Shown here one piece after another: positions 36,650 to 50,221 of a stretch of 64,000 nt of DNA. The translations under genes were made by a program, and so were the position numbers. The stretch is from Octopus sinensis (Eukaryota), in assembly GCF_006345805.1 (NCBI RefSeq), contig NW_021824839.1:27219-91218 (forward strand). Direction: 5' to 3'. A model generated the notes under the pieces. The model was not told the DNA's origin. It made no database searches and saw only the letters and a program-made list of their open reading frames with translations. Each line of letters opens with the position of its first letter. Within the stretch, counting starts at the first letter, position 1.

Positions 36650-37222
36650 TCTTTTCTACACAAAACCCGAAATTTGGGGGTGGGGTAGTCGATTAGATCA
36701 ACTCCAGTAGGCAACTGGTACTTAATTTATTGAAACCGAAAGGATGAAAGGTAAAATCGACTTTGACGGAATTTGAACTCAGAACATAAAGACAGACGAA
36801 ATACCTATTTCTTTACTACCCACAAGGGGCTAAACACAGAGGGGACGAACAAGGACAGACAAACTGATTAAGACGATTATATCGACCCCAGTACGTAACT
36901 TGTACTTATTAAATCGACCCCGAAGGGATGAAAGGCAAAGTCGACCTCGTCGAAATTTGAACTCAGAACGTAGCAGCAGACGAAATACCTATTTCTTTAT
37001 TACCCACAAGGGGCTAAACACAGAGGGGACAAACAAGGACAGACATAGGTATTAAGTCGATTACATCGACCCCAGTGCGTAAGTGGTACTTATTAAATCG
37101 ACCCCGAAATGATGAAAGGCAAAGTCGACCTCGGCGGAATTTGAACTCAGAACGTAACGGCAGACTAAATACCGCTAAGCATTTCGCCCGGTATGCTAAC
37201 GATTCCGCTAAGCTCACCGCCT
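36650..37222 (-). mobile_element. SINE-1 trimer (two type-A junctions, alternative terminal tail)
   Basis: GAAATAC|CTATTTCTTT at 36804/36805 and 36988/36989. Confidence 0.9.
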
Positions 37223-37496
37223 TACACATCAAATACATTAAATATATTAAATGTGTGCGCAGTATTAAAACACATATTCACTTGCACAACATACATTATC
37301 GTTTATCTTTTACTTGTTTCAGTTATTTTATTGCGGCCATGCTTGAGCATAAGGTGGACAGCCGACAACTGATGAAGGCTCGTTCTTTATGTTACTTGTC
37401 TTGTTTTCCATTTGTTCCTCTTGTTGTTCGCATACCCATGTTTGTATTCGTATTTCATGTTGTTTACGTTTTGTGACGTTCTGTACCCATATATGC

Positions 37497-37527
<31 letters not shown>

Positions 37528-37638
37528 ATATATGGAGAGAGAGAGATTCAGATGTATATGGTACTTAGATTGAGGCACCAGAATTTGGTACGGTGTTATT
37601 CATACAATTTCAAAATAAGGTGATTAACATCAAAATAA

Positions 37639-37984
37639 GCAACAAGGATATCCAGAGGTAATGCTGTACGATCGTTTCATGTGACTCCATTTAATTGAAC
37701 ATTGCAAATTACACCAATTTATAATGTAGAACAATCTTCAGTTGCACAAAGACAAAATTTAATTAAATTAGAACTGTTGGACACATTAGTATAATTATAC
37801 CAAAAATCTCCAAGAAATTAAGGAGATAGACAAAGAACGTGTTGTACCTACAACAGTTAAATTCTATGTCTTTGTGCCGCTGAAGATTGGTTTACATTTT
37901 AAATTGATGTAATGATTGCATTGTTTAATTAAATGGAGCTGCAGGAAACGATCGTACTGCATTACCTCTGGATATCCTAGTTGC
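37639..37984. repeat. Imperfect palindrome of about 345 bp next to (TA)n
   Basis: GCAACAAGGATATCCAGAGGTAATGC.. versus ..GCATTACCTCTGGATATCCTAGTTGC; inner AATCTTCAG..CACAAAGACA versus TGTCTTTGTG..CTGAAGATT. Confidence 0.8.
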
Positions 37985-38024
37985 ATATATATACACACAC
38001 ACACACGTACACACACACACACAC

Positions 38025-38073
<49 letters not shown>

Positions 38074-38884
38074 GCCTGGTTTCTTTCAGTTTCTGTCAAT
38101 CAAGTCCATTCACACAGCTTTGTCCGGGTCGAGGCTATAATAGAAGGCATTTATCCACAGTGTTATGCTGTGGAACCAAGCCCTGAGCCACATGGTTGGG
38201 AAGCAAACTTCTTATCATATAGCCATATCTGCGCCTATAATATATATATGTGTGTGCGTGTGTGCGTGCGTGCGTGCGTGCGTGCGTGTGTGCGTGTGCG
38301 TATGTGCGTATGTGTGCGTGTGTATGTATGATGTGTGTGCGCGTTTGTGAATGTATATATGTGTATTTGTGTGTGTGTGTATGCGTGTATGCATGTTTGT
38401 GCGTGTTTGTGTGTGAGTATATGTGTGTGTCGTATGTTTGTCTGAGTGTATATGCGTGTTTTTGAGTGTATGTGTGTATATGCGTGATGTCTATGCATGT
38501 GTGTGTGTGAGTGTTTGTGTATGTGTGCATATATGTGTTTACGTAAGTGTGTGTATACACGACGTGTGTGTGCGCGCGCACGAATTCCTGAAGTGGAATC
38601 AAGATAGACCCGACCACCGCACACGGCTTTATTGCTAGAGTTTCGTGCGTCTTGACAGTCCTGACAATATCTCTGCAAACGTTTTACATTGAAGCGAATC
38701 ATTACGATAGTGAAACTAAAAAAAATCAATAAACAAACCAACAAATAAATAAACAAACAAACCAATAAATAAATAAAGGAAGGAAAAAAAAACATTTTTT
38801 AACGCCACGCATCCATGGAACGCATAAAATGATGGATCGTCCTCTCATATGGAGTCCGATTGATAAACACATTTTTTACGTCAA

Positions 38885-39132
38885 CTACTACTGCTACTAC
38901 TACTACTACTGTTGCTGCTACCACCACCACCACCACCACCACCACCACCACCACTACCACTACTACTACTACTACTACTGCTACTACTACTACAACTGCT
39001 ACTACTACTACAACTACTGTTGCTGCTGCCACCACCACTACCACCACCACCATTACTCCTCCTCCTCCTCCTACAACTACTACTGTTGCTGCCGCCGCCG
39101 CCGCCGCCGCCACCACCACCACCACCACCACC

Positions 39133-39178
<46 letters not shown>
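38885..39178. repeat. (ACT)n/(ACC)n/(GCC)n trinucleotide tract
   Basis: Direct reading. Confidence 0.95.
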
Positions 39179-39190
39179 GAGTTACTGCTC

Positions 39191-39463
39191 TTGGGTTTGG
39201 GTCAAATCTAAGGCTAGTGTTCGTGTGAGGGTTAGGGTTAGTCTAAGCATTAAGGTTAGGGTTCGGATTAGGAATAGGTTTAGTGTTAGGGCTGGGGTTG
39301 GAGTTAAGGTTCGGCTTTTGTTTAGGGTTAGAGTTAAGGTTAGGGTAAAGGTTAGAGTTAGAGTTCGGGTTAGGGTTAGGGTTTGAGTTCGGGTTAGGGT
39401 TAGGGTTTGAGTTCGGGTTAGGATTAGCGTGGGGGTGAAGGTAAGCATTAGTGTTAGGGTTAG
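39191..39463 (+). repeat. Degenerate interstitial telomere-like (TTAGGG)n tract
   Basis: GGGTTA hexamers mixed with GAGTTA, GGGTTC and GGGTTT variants. Confidence 0.8.
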
Positions 39464-39941
39464 ACGACGAAGACGACGACGAAGACGACGACGAAGACGA
39501 CGACGGAGATGGCAACGAAGACGACGGCGACCGACATTAACATTTTTTTTAATGATAAGGTTTGTCTGCTTTTTCGTGGCCGACCGAGGGCTTAACAACA
39601 ACAGTAACGAAAACAACAGCCACAACAATGACCAACGGCCGTATTACTCAAAGTGTCCTTTTTCTGCTATTTCTAACAGGTCGAGTGGTTATAGAACTGC
39701 TCTTCCGTTGGCGCCATTGTGTTGGTGATTTGTTGGCGATAGCATTACGGGGTAAATACTCTTTACCATCAAGCGGCCAAACCCCAGCCGAACAATTAAT
39801 TTCTTTAAATGAATAAATAAATAATGCACTTGCACTCTCGTTGAGTCTCGTTACGAAAGCGAGAGAGGGTGGACAAAGATAGATATACAAGGAAAGAGAG
39901 GTTACCGACTAGACAAATAGGAAGGAGGGAGTAATAAATAT

Positions 39942-39972
<31 letters not shown>

Positions 39973-40210
39973 TAAAGGGTGTAGTGTGAGAGTGAGTTGC
40001 AGTGCGTGTGAGAGAAGGAGTCGGGAGGTGTGAGACAGATAGAAATATGCTTGAGAAAGTAAGACAGTGAGAGAGGGGGGGTGGGAGGAGAAAAATATGC
40101 GCGCGCGAGTTTGTATGTGTTTTTTTTTTTTTTTCACAGATAATTTGCTCATTTCTGATTACTTAAGGTGTCAAGTAATCAGAAAGTAAACACTTATTTG
40201 CTATCTATTT

Positions 40211-40252
<42 letters not shown>

Positions 40253-40384
40253 ACACACATACATACACGCACACACACATGCACTATCATGCACACACAT
40301 TTTCTTGGAATTCATATAGATTTCTCAGTTTATCTGGTCATTAAGTGCCTATCTGTCTGCCAGCCTATAAGTCTGTCTATCTGA

Positions 40385-40401
40385 ATGTCTGTCTGTCTGT
40401 C

Positions 40402-40438
<37 letters not shown>

Positions 40439-40495
40439 GTCTGTCTCTATCTGTCTGTCTGTCTGTCTCTGTCTGTCTGTCTGTCTGTCTGTCTG

Positions 40496-40572
<77 letters not shown>

Positions 40573-40639
40573 GTCTGTCTGTCTGTCTGTCTCTGTCTGT
40601 CTGTCTGTCTGTCTCTGTCTGTCTGTCTGTCTGTCTGTC

Positions 40640-40684
<45 letters not shown>

Positions 40685-40830
40685 GTCTGTCTGTCTGTCT
40701 GTCTCTGTCTGTCTGTCTGTCTGTCTCTGTCTGTCTGTCTGTCTCTGTCTGTCTGTCTGTCTCTGTCTGTCTGTCTGTCGTCTGTCTCTGTCTGTCTCTG
40801 TCTGTCTGTCTGTCTGTCTCTGTCTGTGTC
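40385..40830. repeat. (TGTC)n microsatellite
   Basis: Direct reading. Confidence 0.95.
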
Positions 40831-41186
40831 TGTCTATCTCTCTCTCTCTCTCTCTCTATTCTCTTTCTCGTATATCTGTCTTTCTATCTGTCTGTTTATG
40901 TATGTACATGTGCGTATGTATGTTCGTCTCTGGAATTCTTCCTATCATGTTACAAAAGCTGTCGTAGGCTGTGCCCTTGAAAGAAATATCAGACTGAGGA
41001 AAAAATAAGCAACATTTTGAACCACGAAGAATTTGTAGCGGATTTTTGCAGAGTTTTGAATTTTTTTAACATTTTTTATTTTTTATTTTTTTTTTGCAAT
41101 TGTCTGATAATACAGACATAGACTTGCCCAAAAGCATCAGTAAATTAACACTGATATTTTTTCACTGTTGTTACAATCATCTGAAA

Positions 41187-42600
41187 CGGAACTGTCAAAG
41201 TGCGATATTCGAGCAATTTTGCTATTCGGCTTCAAAAATGGACGTAAAGCAGCTGAAACTGCTCGCGATATCAACGAAACGTTTGGTGAGAAAATGACCA
41301 GTGAGTGGTCAGTTCGAAAATGGTTTAAACGATTACGCAGTATAGACCTGAACCTTGAAGCTCGTGAGCGTAGTAGAGGTTCACCTGTCATCGATTAAAG
41401 ACCGGCATTGAGACCATCATTAGAGAAAGTCCGTCATTTAGAGAAAGACCGTCAATTAAAGACCGTCATTTAGAGAAAGACCGTCAATTAAAGACCGTCA
41501 TTGAGAAAGATCCACGTAAAATCACTCGAGAACTGGCAAAAGAACTTAGCCAGAAAATTGCCTGCAACCATTTGCATGCGATCGGAAAATCAAAAGATCT
41601 CGACAAATGGGTACCACACAATTTAAATGAAAATCAGAAAATGGGCAGATATGAAATTTGCTCGTCGCTTCTTCTCCGTTTCGATCCATTTCTCGACTGT
41701 ATTGTAACTTGCGACGAACAGTGAATTCTGTAGGATAATAAAAAACTTTCTATGCAGTGGCTGAACCAAAATGAAACACCGAAAACCATCCCTAAAGCCG
41801 AGCTTTTCAAAAAGAAGGTTATGGTGATTGTTTGGTGGCGCAGGAGTGGCTGTGTGGTAAGTAGCTTGCTTACCAACCACATCGTTCCGGGTTCAGTCCT
41901 ACTGCGTGGCATCTTGGGCAAGTGTCTTCTGCTATAGCCTCGGGCCGACCAATGCCTTGTGAGTGGATTTGGTAGACGGAAACTGAAAGAAGTCTGTCGT
42001 ATATATGTATATATGTATGTGTGTGTATATGTTTGTGTGTCTGTGTTTGTCCCCCTAGCATTGCTTGACAACCGATGCTGGTGTGTTTACGTCCCCGTAA
42101 CTTAGCGGTTCGGCAAAAGAGACCAATAGAATAAGTACTGGGTTTACAAAGAATAAGTCCTGGGGTCGATTTGCTCGACCAAAGGCGGTGCTCCAGCATG
42201 GCCGCAGTCAAATGACTGAAACAAGTAAAAGAGTAAAAGAGAATAAAGAGAGTGCTGTTGGACTCATCCTCTATAACTTCTTAAAACCCAGAAAAACCAT
42301 TACTGCAGAAACATATTGCCATGGAATTGCCAAAATGAAGGGAAAACTGCTACTCTTCCATCCCAGACTGGTCAACAGAAGAGGGCCAGTCATTCTTCAT
42401 GACAATGCTAAACCACACGTTTCACTAATGACGCTGCAGAAGTTGAGGGAACTTGGCTACAAAATTCTTCCTCATCCAGCTTATTCCCCAGACCTTTTTC
42501 CTACCAACTACCACTTTTTCAAGCACCTTGATGGTTTACTGCGAGAGAAGGAGTTAAAAAATCAAGCCAATCCTGAAAGTGCGTTCAAAGGGTTTTTTTT
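41187..42600 (+). pseudogene. Nearly full-length decayed mariner transposase (Hsmar1/cecropia-like), interrupted by SINE-2
   Basis: DIRAILLFGFKNGRKAAETARDIN, KWVPHNL, IVTCDE, KVMVIVWW|SINE|SAVG, LHDNAKPH, LPHPAYSPDLFPTNYHFFKHLD. Confidence 0.9.
41837..42250 (+). mobile_element. SINE-2 inserted in the mariner
   Basis: Splits WW|SAVG; full head and tail. Confidence 0.9.
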
Positions 42601-42846
42601 AGTTTAGTTTCTGTCCACCAAATCCACTCACAAGGCTATGGTCAGCCTGAGGCTATAGTAGAAGACTCTTGTCCAAGGTGCCATGCAGTGGGACTGAACT
42701 CGGAGCCATGCGGTTAGGAAGCAAGCGTCTTATCACACATCTACGCCTGCGTCTATGCATATATGTGTGTGTCATATGTCTATTTGTGTGTATGTGTGTA
42801 TATAAATGCATACATGCATACGTACATTCCTACGTACATACATACA

Positions 42847-42904
<58 letters not shown>

Positions 42905-42907
<3 letters not shown>

Positions 42908-43315
42908 TCTTTTACTCTTCTACATGTTTCAGTTATTTGACTGTGTCCATGCTGGAGCACCGCCTTTAGTCGAGCAAATCTATCCCAGGATTTATTCGTT
43001 GGAAGCCTAGAACTTATTCTATTGGTCTTTTTTGCCGAACCGTTAAGTTACGGGGACTTAAACACACCAGCATCGGTTGTCAAGCGATGTTGGTGGGAGG
43101 GACAAACACAGACACACAAACACACACACACACATACATACATATATATGACGGGATTCTTTTCGGTTTCCGTCTACCAAATCCACTCACAAGGCTTTGG
43201 TCGGCCCGAGGTTATAGCAGAAGACACTTACCCAGGGTGTCATGCAGTGGGACTGAACCCGGAACGATGTGGTTGATAAGCAAGCTATTTACCCCACAGC
43301 CACTCCTGCGCCTAA
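42905..43315 (-). mobile_element. SINE-2 (plus a fragment at 42603-42752)
   Basis: Full module match. Confidence 0.85.
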
Positions 43316-44283
43316 ATATATGTATATGTATTATGTATATGTGCACGTGTATATGTATATATGAATGTAATCATGTGTGTGTCTGTGCGCGTCTTTGTAT
43401 GTGTGTGTATGTGTGTGTGGGGGGGGGGGGTATATGTGTGCGTGTGTGCGAAAGATGTACAGAATATTTTGATTCTTACGATTCCATTCACAGCCGCCAG
43501 GAGAAAACTTAAAACCGAACCGAACTATTAGATCGTCATTCTATTTTATAAAATCTGAATAGGACAAAGTCACATAATTATATTGACCAGCCAGTACTTT
43601 ACTAGTACTTATCCTTCCTGAAAGGTAAAGTTCATCGCCGTGAGATTTGAACTCAGAACTAGAAGGCACACAACTAAATTCGGAAAGGCAATTTATCCGT
43701 CTATCTAATGATTCTGTAAAGCAAAATCAATACCCAGAAGCAAAATCGATTCCCAGAACGTAAAAGGGCGGGCCCTAAATAGCGTGCTAACGATTCTTCT
43801 AATTCACCACCTAATTGTGATTGCAAAGGTAATTGGCTGTTATTTCTAGCAGATCATACGGGGGTCGTAGCGGCTCCCACTCTCAGTTTGGACATGCAAT
43901 TTTAGATACTTGTTGAATCACCGAACGAACTCGAAACTTAATTCTGGACTCATATAAGAAAAATGTTTTATATTACGACACCTCAGTTCTGAGAAAAACT
44001 ATAAATTTCTTAAAATATAATAATTAGTCATACTATTATATATTATCAACATTCCTTAACGCTAACGTGTTCTATATGCAAATACATGCACACACATATA
44101 CATACACACACTCATACACACGCACACACACACACACACACACATATATGCATGCATCTATGTATGTTACAAATACATACATTCATTCATACGTACATAT
44201 ATATATACACATACATACATACATACATCATACATACATACACACATACACAGACACACATGTGTATATGTATATATATATAT

Positions 44284-44336
<53 letters not shown>

Positions 44337-44739
44337 ATATACACCTGCGCGCGGTATTTTTCTAAATACACACCCATGTTTATATCGTGAAGAAAAGCTG
44401 AAAAGAATAATAGAGAGCAGTAACTATTTCTCACACTGAAAACAATTTTCACTTTTAAACAAATGTAAAGGTTGGATCACATGATCGTAAAATTTAGTCT
44501 TAACCAAGACACAGTGAAGGGAAAAGAAAATTTCATTATGTGATATTGAGTTCAAGTTGACAGAATTGTTACTGCTACCGCGTAAAATGCTTCGCGGCAT
44601 TTCTTCCGTCATACGCCCTGAGTTCAAATTCCGCTGAGATTGACATTGCCTTTCATTCTTTTGGGGTCGATAAAATAAGTGCCAGTTGATCACTAGGGGT
44701 CAATGTAATCGACTTAACCTCTTCGTCGAAATTGCTCGC

Positions 44740-45060
44740 CTTGAGCCAAAGTTTCGGGGCAATATTTAATTATCCAAATGATATCGGTATTATGTTTACA
44801 ATTCACCCAAGATTAGGCCCCCGTGAAATGCGTGCCCTACAAAGGTCGAGATCACATCACATAAGAACATTGCGACATAATTTCTTCACTGCAAATGGTC
44901 CTGCTCTTTTCAATGTTATCCCGGAAGAAATTAAAGTAGAAAAAGATCTCACAACCTTTAAACGATAATTGGACAAAATCCTCCCGGAAATACCGGATAA
45001 ACCACCTACACTTGGATATGTCTCAGCCAACAACAACTCTCTGCTTGAATGGTCCATGGT
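44740..45060 (+). mobile_element. 3' fragment of a non-LTR retrotransposon ORF2 (CR1/L2/I-group type C-terminus)
   Basis: HPRLG...RTLRHNFFTANGPALFNVIPEEIK..DLTTFKR*LDKILPEIPDKPPTLGYVSANNNSL. Confidence 0.65.
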
Positions 45061-45426
45061 GCTATTGAGTTATAGCCTGGTCCCATAATGACCTAAACCA
45101 ATCTAAATTATTTAAGTTACAAGGAAGCAAATTAGGGAACAGAGAAGAAAAAATCCAGGCTACATGTTTCATACACTAGCAGAACCCCGGAAGTAGTAAT
45201 TATCCAAACAAGGGGTAATCCGCTAGATACTCGTCGGGCCAAAGATACCTAAATCAAAAGAAGTTTACATTGTCAAGGGAGCCCATACTGACTTGCAGTA
45301 TATATATATATATATGAGAATTTACAAAAAAAAAAAAAATAAATAAATGAAATAAAAGACAGACGAAGACAAGCGGTGTAGACAACAAACAGATGTATTA
45401 GTTTAACGCTCGGGAAGTGAAAAAGT

Positions 45427-45462
45427 CTTTAACGTTTCGAGCCTACGCTCTTCCACAGAAAG
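45427..45462 (-). ncRNA. Hammerhead-like minimal motif (core CUGUGGA)
   Basis: CUUU-CUGUGGA-A-GAGC(GUAG)GCUC-GAAAC-GU-U-AAAG within a TA-anchored element, about 45315-45520. Confidence 0.5.
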
Positions 45463-45683
45463 GAACACAGAAAGAAACAAGGAGAGAAAATAAAGAATGT
45501 GTAGTGACAAACGATCTATCAGTGTAAAACATTATCCAATGTTTAACCTTTCCTTGTTAATCTAGCTGGATACGATTTGAACACGATTTCACTGCTATTT
45601 CTAACAGGTCGAACAGTTTAGGCCATTTAGATGTTCGGTTTACTTGGCTGTAGACTCGTTCCTTCTCTTTCCTTCCTTACCCA

Positions 45684-45730
<47 letters not shown>

Positions 45731-45734
45731 TCCT

Positions 45735-45780
<46 letters not shown>

Positions 45781-46478
45781 TTTCTTTCTCCCATTCCTGT
45801 CTTTTTCTCCGTGTGTAATATAAGGATTTATTACACAAGGCCGGGTAATTTGTGGTGATGAGGAACACTTGGTTATATTGGTTTCGCGTTTTGACACAAG
45901 GCTAGCAATTTCAGGGGTGGGGTGGGGAGGTTAAGTCGATTACATCGAACCCCACCCCATCACCATTGTTCAACTGATACTTATTTTATTGACTCCGAAA
46001 TGATGGAAGCAAAATCGATCTCAGCGGAATTTGAACTCAGAACGTAAAGACGGACGAAATACCTCTTAGCATTTTACCTGGCGCAGTAACCCCGCCTTAA
46101 CACCTGATTATATTGACCAACCAGTACTTTACTAGTGCTTTATTTTATCTTCCCTAGACAACTAAAAGGTAAAGTTCATTGCCGTGAGATTTGGACTCAG
46201 AACTAAAAGGCACACAACTAAATTCGGAAAGGTATCATATCCGTCTTTCTGACGATTCTGTAAAGCAAAATCAAGACAATGCCCCTGAATAACGCAATAC
46301 ATCGCTCAACGATCTCCCGCTTAACGATCTATCACTTAACGATTACTCCGCTTAACAATAACTCGCTTAACGATACTTCGCTTTGACGATATTTTATTCT
46401 TCTAAATAAATTATAAAATTTATTTGCACGAAACTATTTTTCTTTTAACTAGCTTCAGTCATTAGACTGCGCCATTCT

Positions 46479-47081
46479 TATTTCTTTATTGCCCACGAGG
46501 GGCTAAACATAGAGGGGACAAACAAGGACAGACAAAGGGATTAAGTCGATTACATCGACCCCAGTGCGTAACTGGTACTTAATTTATCGTCCTCGAAATG
46601 ATGAAAGGCAAAGTTGACCTCAGCGGAATTTGAACTTAGAACGTAAAGACAGACAAAATAACATGAAGCATTTCACCCGACGTACTAATGATTCTTTTCT
46701 ACTCTAGTCACAAGGCCCGGAATTTTGAGGGAAGGATTAGATCGACCTCTGTACGCAACTAGTACTTAATTTATCGACCTCGAAAGGATGAAAGGCAAAG
46801 TCGACCTCAGCAGAATTTGAACTCGGAACGTAACGGTAGGCGAAATACCGATTTCTTTACTACCCACAAGGGGCTAAACACAGAGGGGAAAAACAAGGAC
46901 AGACATAGGTATTAAGTCGATTACATCGACCCCAGTGCGTAACTGGTACTTAATTTATCGACCCCGAAAGGATGAAAGGCAAAGTCGACCTCGGCGGAAT
47001 TTGAACTCAGAACGTAGCGGCAGACAAAATACCGTTATGCATTTCGCCCGGCGTGCTTACGGTTTCTGCCAGCTCGCCGCC
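46479..47081 (-). mobile_element. SINE-1 array (three units, mixed tails)
   Basis: Head at 47081, type-A-like junction at 46848/46849, alternative tail at about 46690-46740, then a type-B unit ending at 46479 against AGAA. Confidence 0.85.
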
Positions 47082-47529
47082 TCAGCTAAGCACTCATAAT
47101 GACAGCTTTAACTGTTTAATTATAACTATGCGTCTCGGTAATGTGCACGAGTGTTCGTTCAGTTTGAATGGTGACGTGTACACATATTGTTTCCACGTTG
47201 TTTTCACTACTATTTCCTCTTAAAAACTCTTGAATCAATCCATTGTGTGGGGCTATTTTTAAAGATAATGAAATAAGCTGCAGCCACACGCCAGCACTAA
47301 TTGAATAGACATACAGTTCAAAGGCTTGCTAGACGTGTCCATCCGGGTTTTTCCCAGGACAGTCCTGTCTGTTACGTCACTTTACTGAGTATTGTGAAAT
47401 TGTCCTGGTGTGTTGCTACGGATGTTTGAACTTTAGTTTCTCATATAGGAACTCTTGCTTATTTCTCGCACGTGAGCTCGAATATGTTCTATTTGATGAC
47501 CGGATATTCGATATTTAACATATATCTTT

Positions 47530-47750
47530 CGTCTTTTACTTCCTTCAGTCTTTAGACTGCGGTCATGCAGGGGCACCACCTTGAAGAATTTCAGCCGAAC
47601 GAACCGACATTAATACTTTTTTCTAGAGCCTGTTACTTATTATTTTGTTCTGTTTCGCCGAACTGGGACGTAAACACACCAACACTGTTGTTAAGCGGTA
47701 GTGGGAGACACACACACGCGCGTACGCACGCACGCACGCACGCACCCACG

Positions 47751-47796
<46 letters not shown>

Positions 47797-47960
47797 AGTA
47801 CGCAAGCACGCACGCACGCACACACACACGCACACACACACATATACTCACAAGGTTTTGATCGGTCCTAGGCTATAGTAGAAGACATTTGTTTAAGGTG
47901 TTACGCGGTGAGACTGAACCTGAAACCATGTGACTAGGAAGTAAGCTTCTTATCACACAG
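47530..47960 (-). mobile_element. Decayed SINE-2
   Basis: Module match with an internal (CA)/(CACG) tract. Confidence 0.75.
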
Positions 47961-48439
47961 CCAGGACTGCACTTTCGCAACCATGAAAAGAAAGTTTACA
48001 GTGTATAAAGCATTCATAGAATCATTTTTAAAAAAATTCTGTCTCATTATAGATAATTAATTGTTCAAAATAGCGAGAAAAAACACCTAAAAATAGAAAT
48101 TCGTGAAATTTGATCAATCGATTATATCGACCCATATACTTCTTTCTTATCGTCCCTATGGGATGAAAAGCAAAGTCGATCACAGCAAGATTTGAATCCG
48201 GAACGTAATGGTGCGCTATTGAAAAACGCAAAATATTTTCTTCATCGAAATTCCGATTCTGCCAATGCACCGAACTTCATAAGAAAAAACTGGGAATCAA
48301 ATTGTCTGTCGTGTAAAATAGTCTTTTTAGTATCGCAATTTATGACGGTGCCAGAGAATCGCTAGAACCGCTGGTCCTCAAACACTGTTTAACCGTTATA
48401 TAATTACGACCATCTGCGACATGCGATCAGATCTTACAG

Positions 48440-48619
48440 AGTGTCTGTGTGGTAAGTAGCTTGCTTACCAACCACATTGTTACGGGTTCAGTCCCACTGC
48501 ATGGCACCTTGAATAAGTGTCTTCTGCTATAGCCTCGGGCCGACAAAAGCCTTGTGAGTGGATTTGGTTGACGGAAACTGAAAGAAGCTCGTCGTATATG
48601 TGTGTGTGTGTGTGTGTGT

Positions 48620-48659
<40 letters not shown>

Positions 48660-48990
48660 TTGCCTCACCATTGCTTGACAACCGATACTGGTGTGTTTAC
48701 GTCCCCGTAACTTAACGGTTCGGCAAAAGAGAACCGATAGAATAAGTATTAGGTTTTACTTGTTTCAGTCATTTGACTGCGGCCATGCTGGAGCACCGCC
48801 TTTCGTCGAGCAAATCGACCCCAGAACTTATTCTTTGTAAGCCTAGTACTTATTCTATCCGTCTCTTTGGCCAAACTGCTAATTTACGGGGACGTAAACA
48901 CACCAGTCCTGGGGTTGATTTGTTCGACTAAAGGCGGTGCTCCAGTATGGCCGCAAACAAATGACTGAAACGAATAAAAGAGTAAAAGAG
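48440..48990 (+). mobile_element. SINE-2 with an antisense SINE-2 3' half nested at about 48755-48905
   Basis: Plus body breaks at ..AAGTATTAGG and resumes at GTCCTGGGG. Confidence 0.8.
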
Positions 48991-49034
48991 ACTCGTTTTC
49001 TGTTTTTATTCTTCCAGGATCAATAAAATAAAGA

Positions 49035-49320
49035 AAGACCCCTTACGAATGACCGTGGGATTGCACCGAGAATGTTCCCCTCCGAGGCACAAGTTCAGTA
49101 CTATTATTTGTTGAGTCGTCCGTGCACACTAGTCTACTCTCCCCACGCCACCGATGTTGTTCAAGGGAAAAGCAGATACAGCTTGGGCACCAATAATGTC
49201 GCAACTCATTTCTACAGCTGAGTGAACTGGAGCGACATGATACAAAGTATTTTGATCAAGAATCGAACGCACAACTTCCTGATTGTATGCATGACGCCCC
49301 TAACCACTGAACTATAAGCC
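49035..49320 (-). mobile_element. tRNA-derived SINE (family of 8001-8330)
   Basis: CAGCTGAGTGAACTGGAGC core; GAAAGACCCC tail. Confidence 0.75.
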
Positions 49321-50221
49321 TTCACTAAGTAAGTAAGTACCGACGGGTATAATCGATTGTTCCCCCATCCCTAAAATTTATAGCATTGTACCCTATGCAT
49401 AAAATCAAATATGAGAACTTAGCGCAACTTCAAAAGGTAATTTAAAACCTGGTTTTAAGTAGCGTCATTTATTTTCTCTTCCTTTACCGATGATATTGGC
49501 TTTAATAATAAATTACGTTCCATTTAAACAAATATATAAGTTGCGTCTTAATTCAAGAAAATATTTTTGCGTGAGAAAAATTAAATAATTCCTTTTCTAC
49601 AACTTTGAAAATAAACAATGACAATGTGAATATTTTTTGGCAATACAATTTTTTCCTTTCATTTGGTCACAGTAAATATTTTTTCTTTACATTTATGCCT
49701 TCAAAGGCATTTCTCACCGTAACAAAGTGAAAGACGACGTGTTACTAGGAGCAAATGGCGCAAGGCGTTGACTTGGTAGAATCGGTAGAGCGTCAGACAA
49801 AATGCAGTATGACAGTTTTGCTACGACCGTTTACGTTCTGAGATCAAATTCCTTCGAGGTCAAATTTTTTCATTCCAGTATCTTTTCTGTTTTTTGGGTT
49901 TTTTTTTTGTATATTTTTACTTGTTACTCTCATTGGACTGTGGCCATACTGGAGCACCACCTTGAACGGTTTAATGGAATAAATCGATCCCAGTATTTAA
50001 TTTTGTTTTTAAAGTCTGGTACGTATTCTCTAGAATCCTTTTGCCGAAGCGCTAAGTTACGGGGCCATAAACAAACCAAGCAGTTTGTTTATATCAAGCG
50101 GTGAGGAGAGAGCAACCCTACCCATATACATACACGTATGTGCGTACATGCATACGTACATACATACATACATACATACATACATACATACATACTACAT
50201 ACATACATACATACATACATA

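Noticed and set aside
36650-37222. Retrozyme or rolling-circle origin of SINE-1 multimers
   Set aside because: No hammerhead core found in SINE-1, mixed tail types within arrays, and the same junction motif at non-SINE sites; disfavoured but not excluded
39615-39670. Signal-peptide-like MTNGRITQSVLFLLFLT|GT exon
   Set aside because: CTGCTATTTCTAACAGGTCGA recurs at about 45593-45612, so it is probably a dispersed repeat motif
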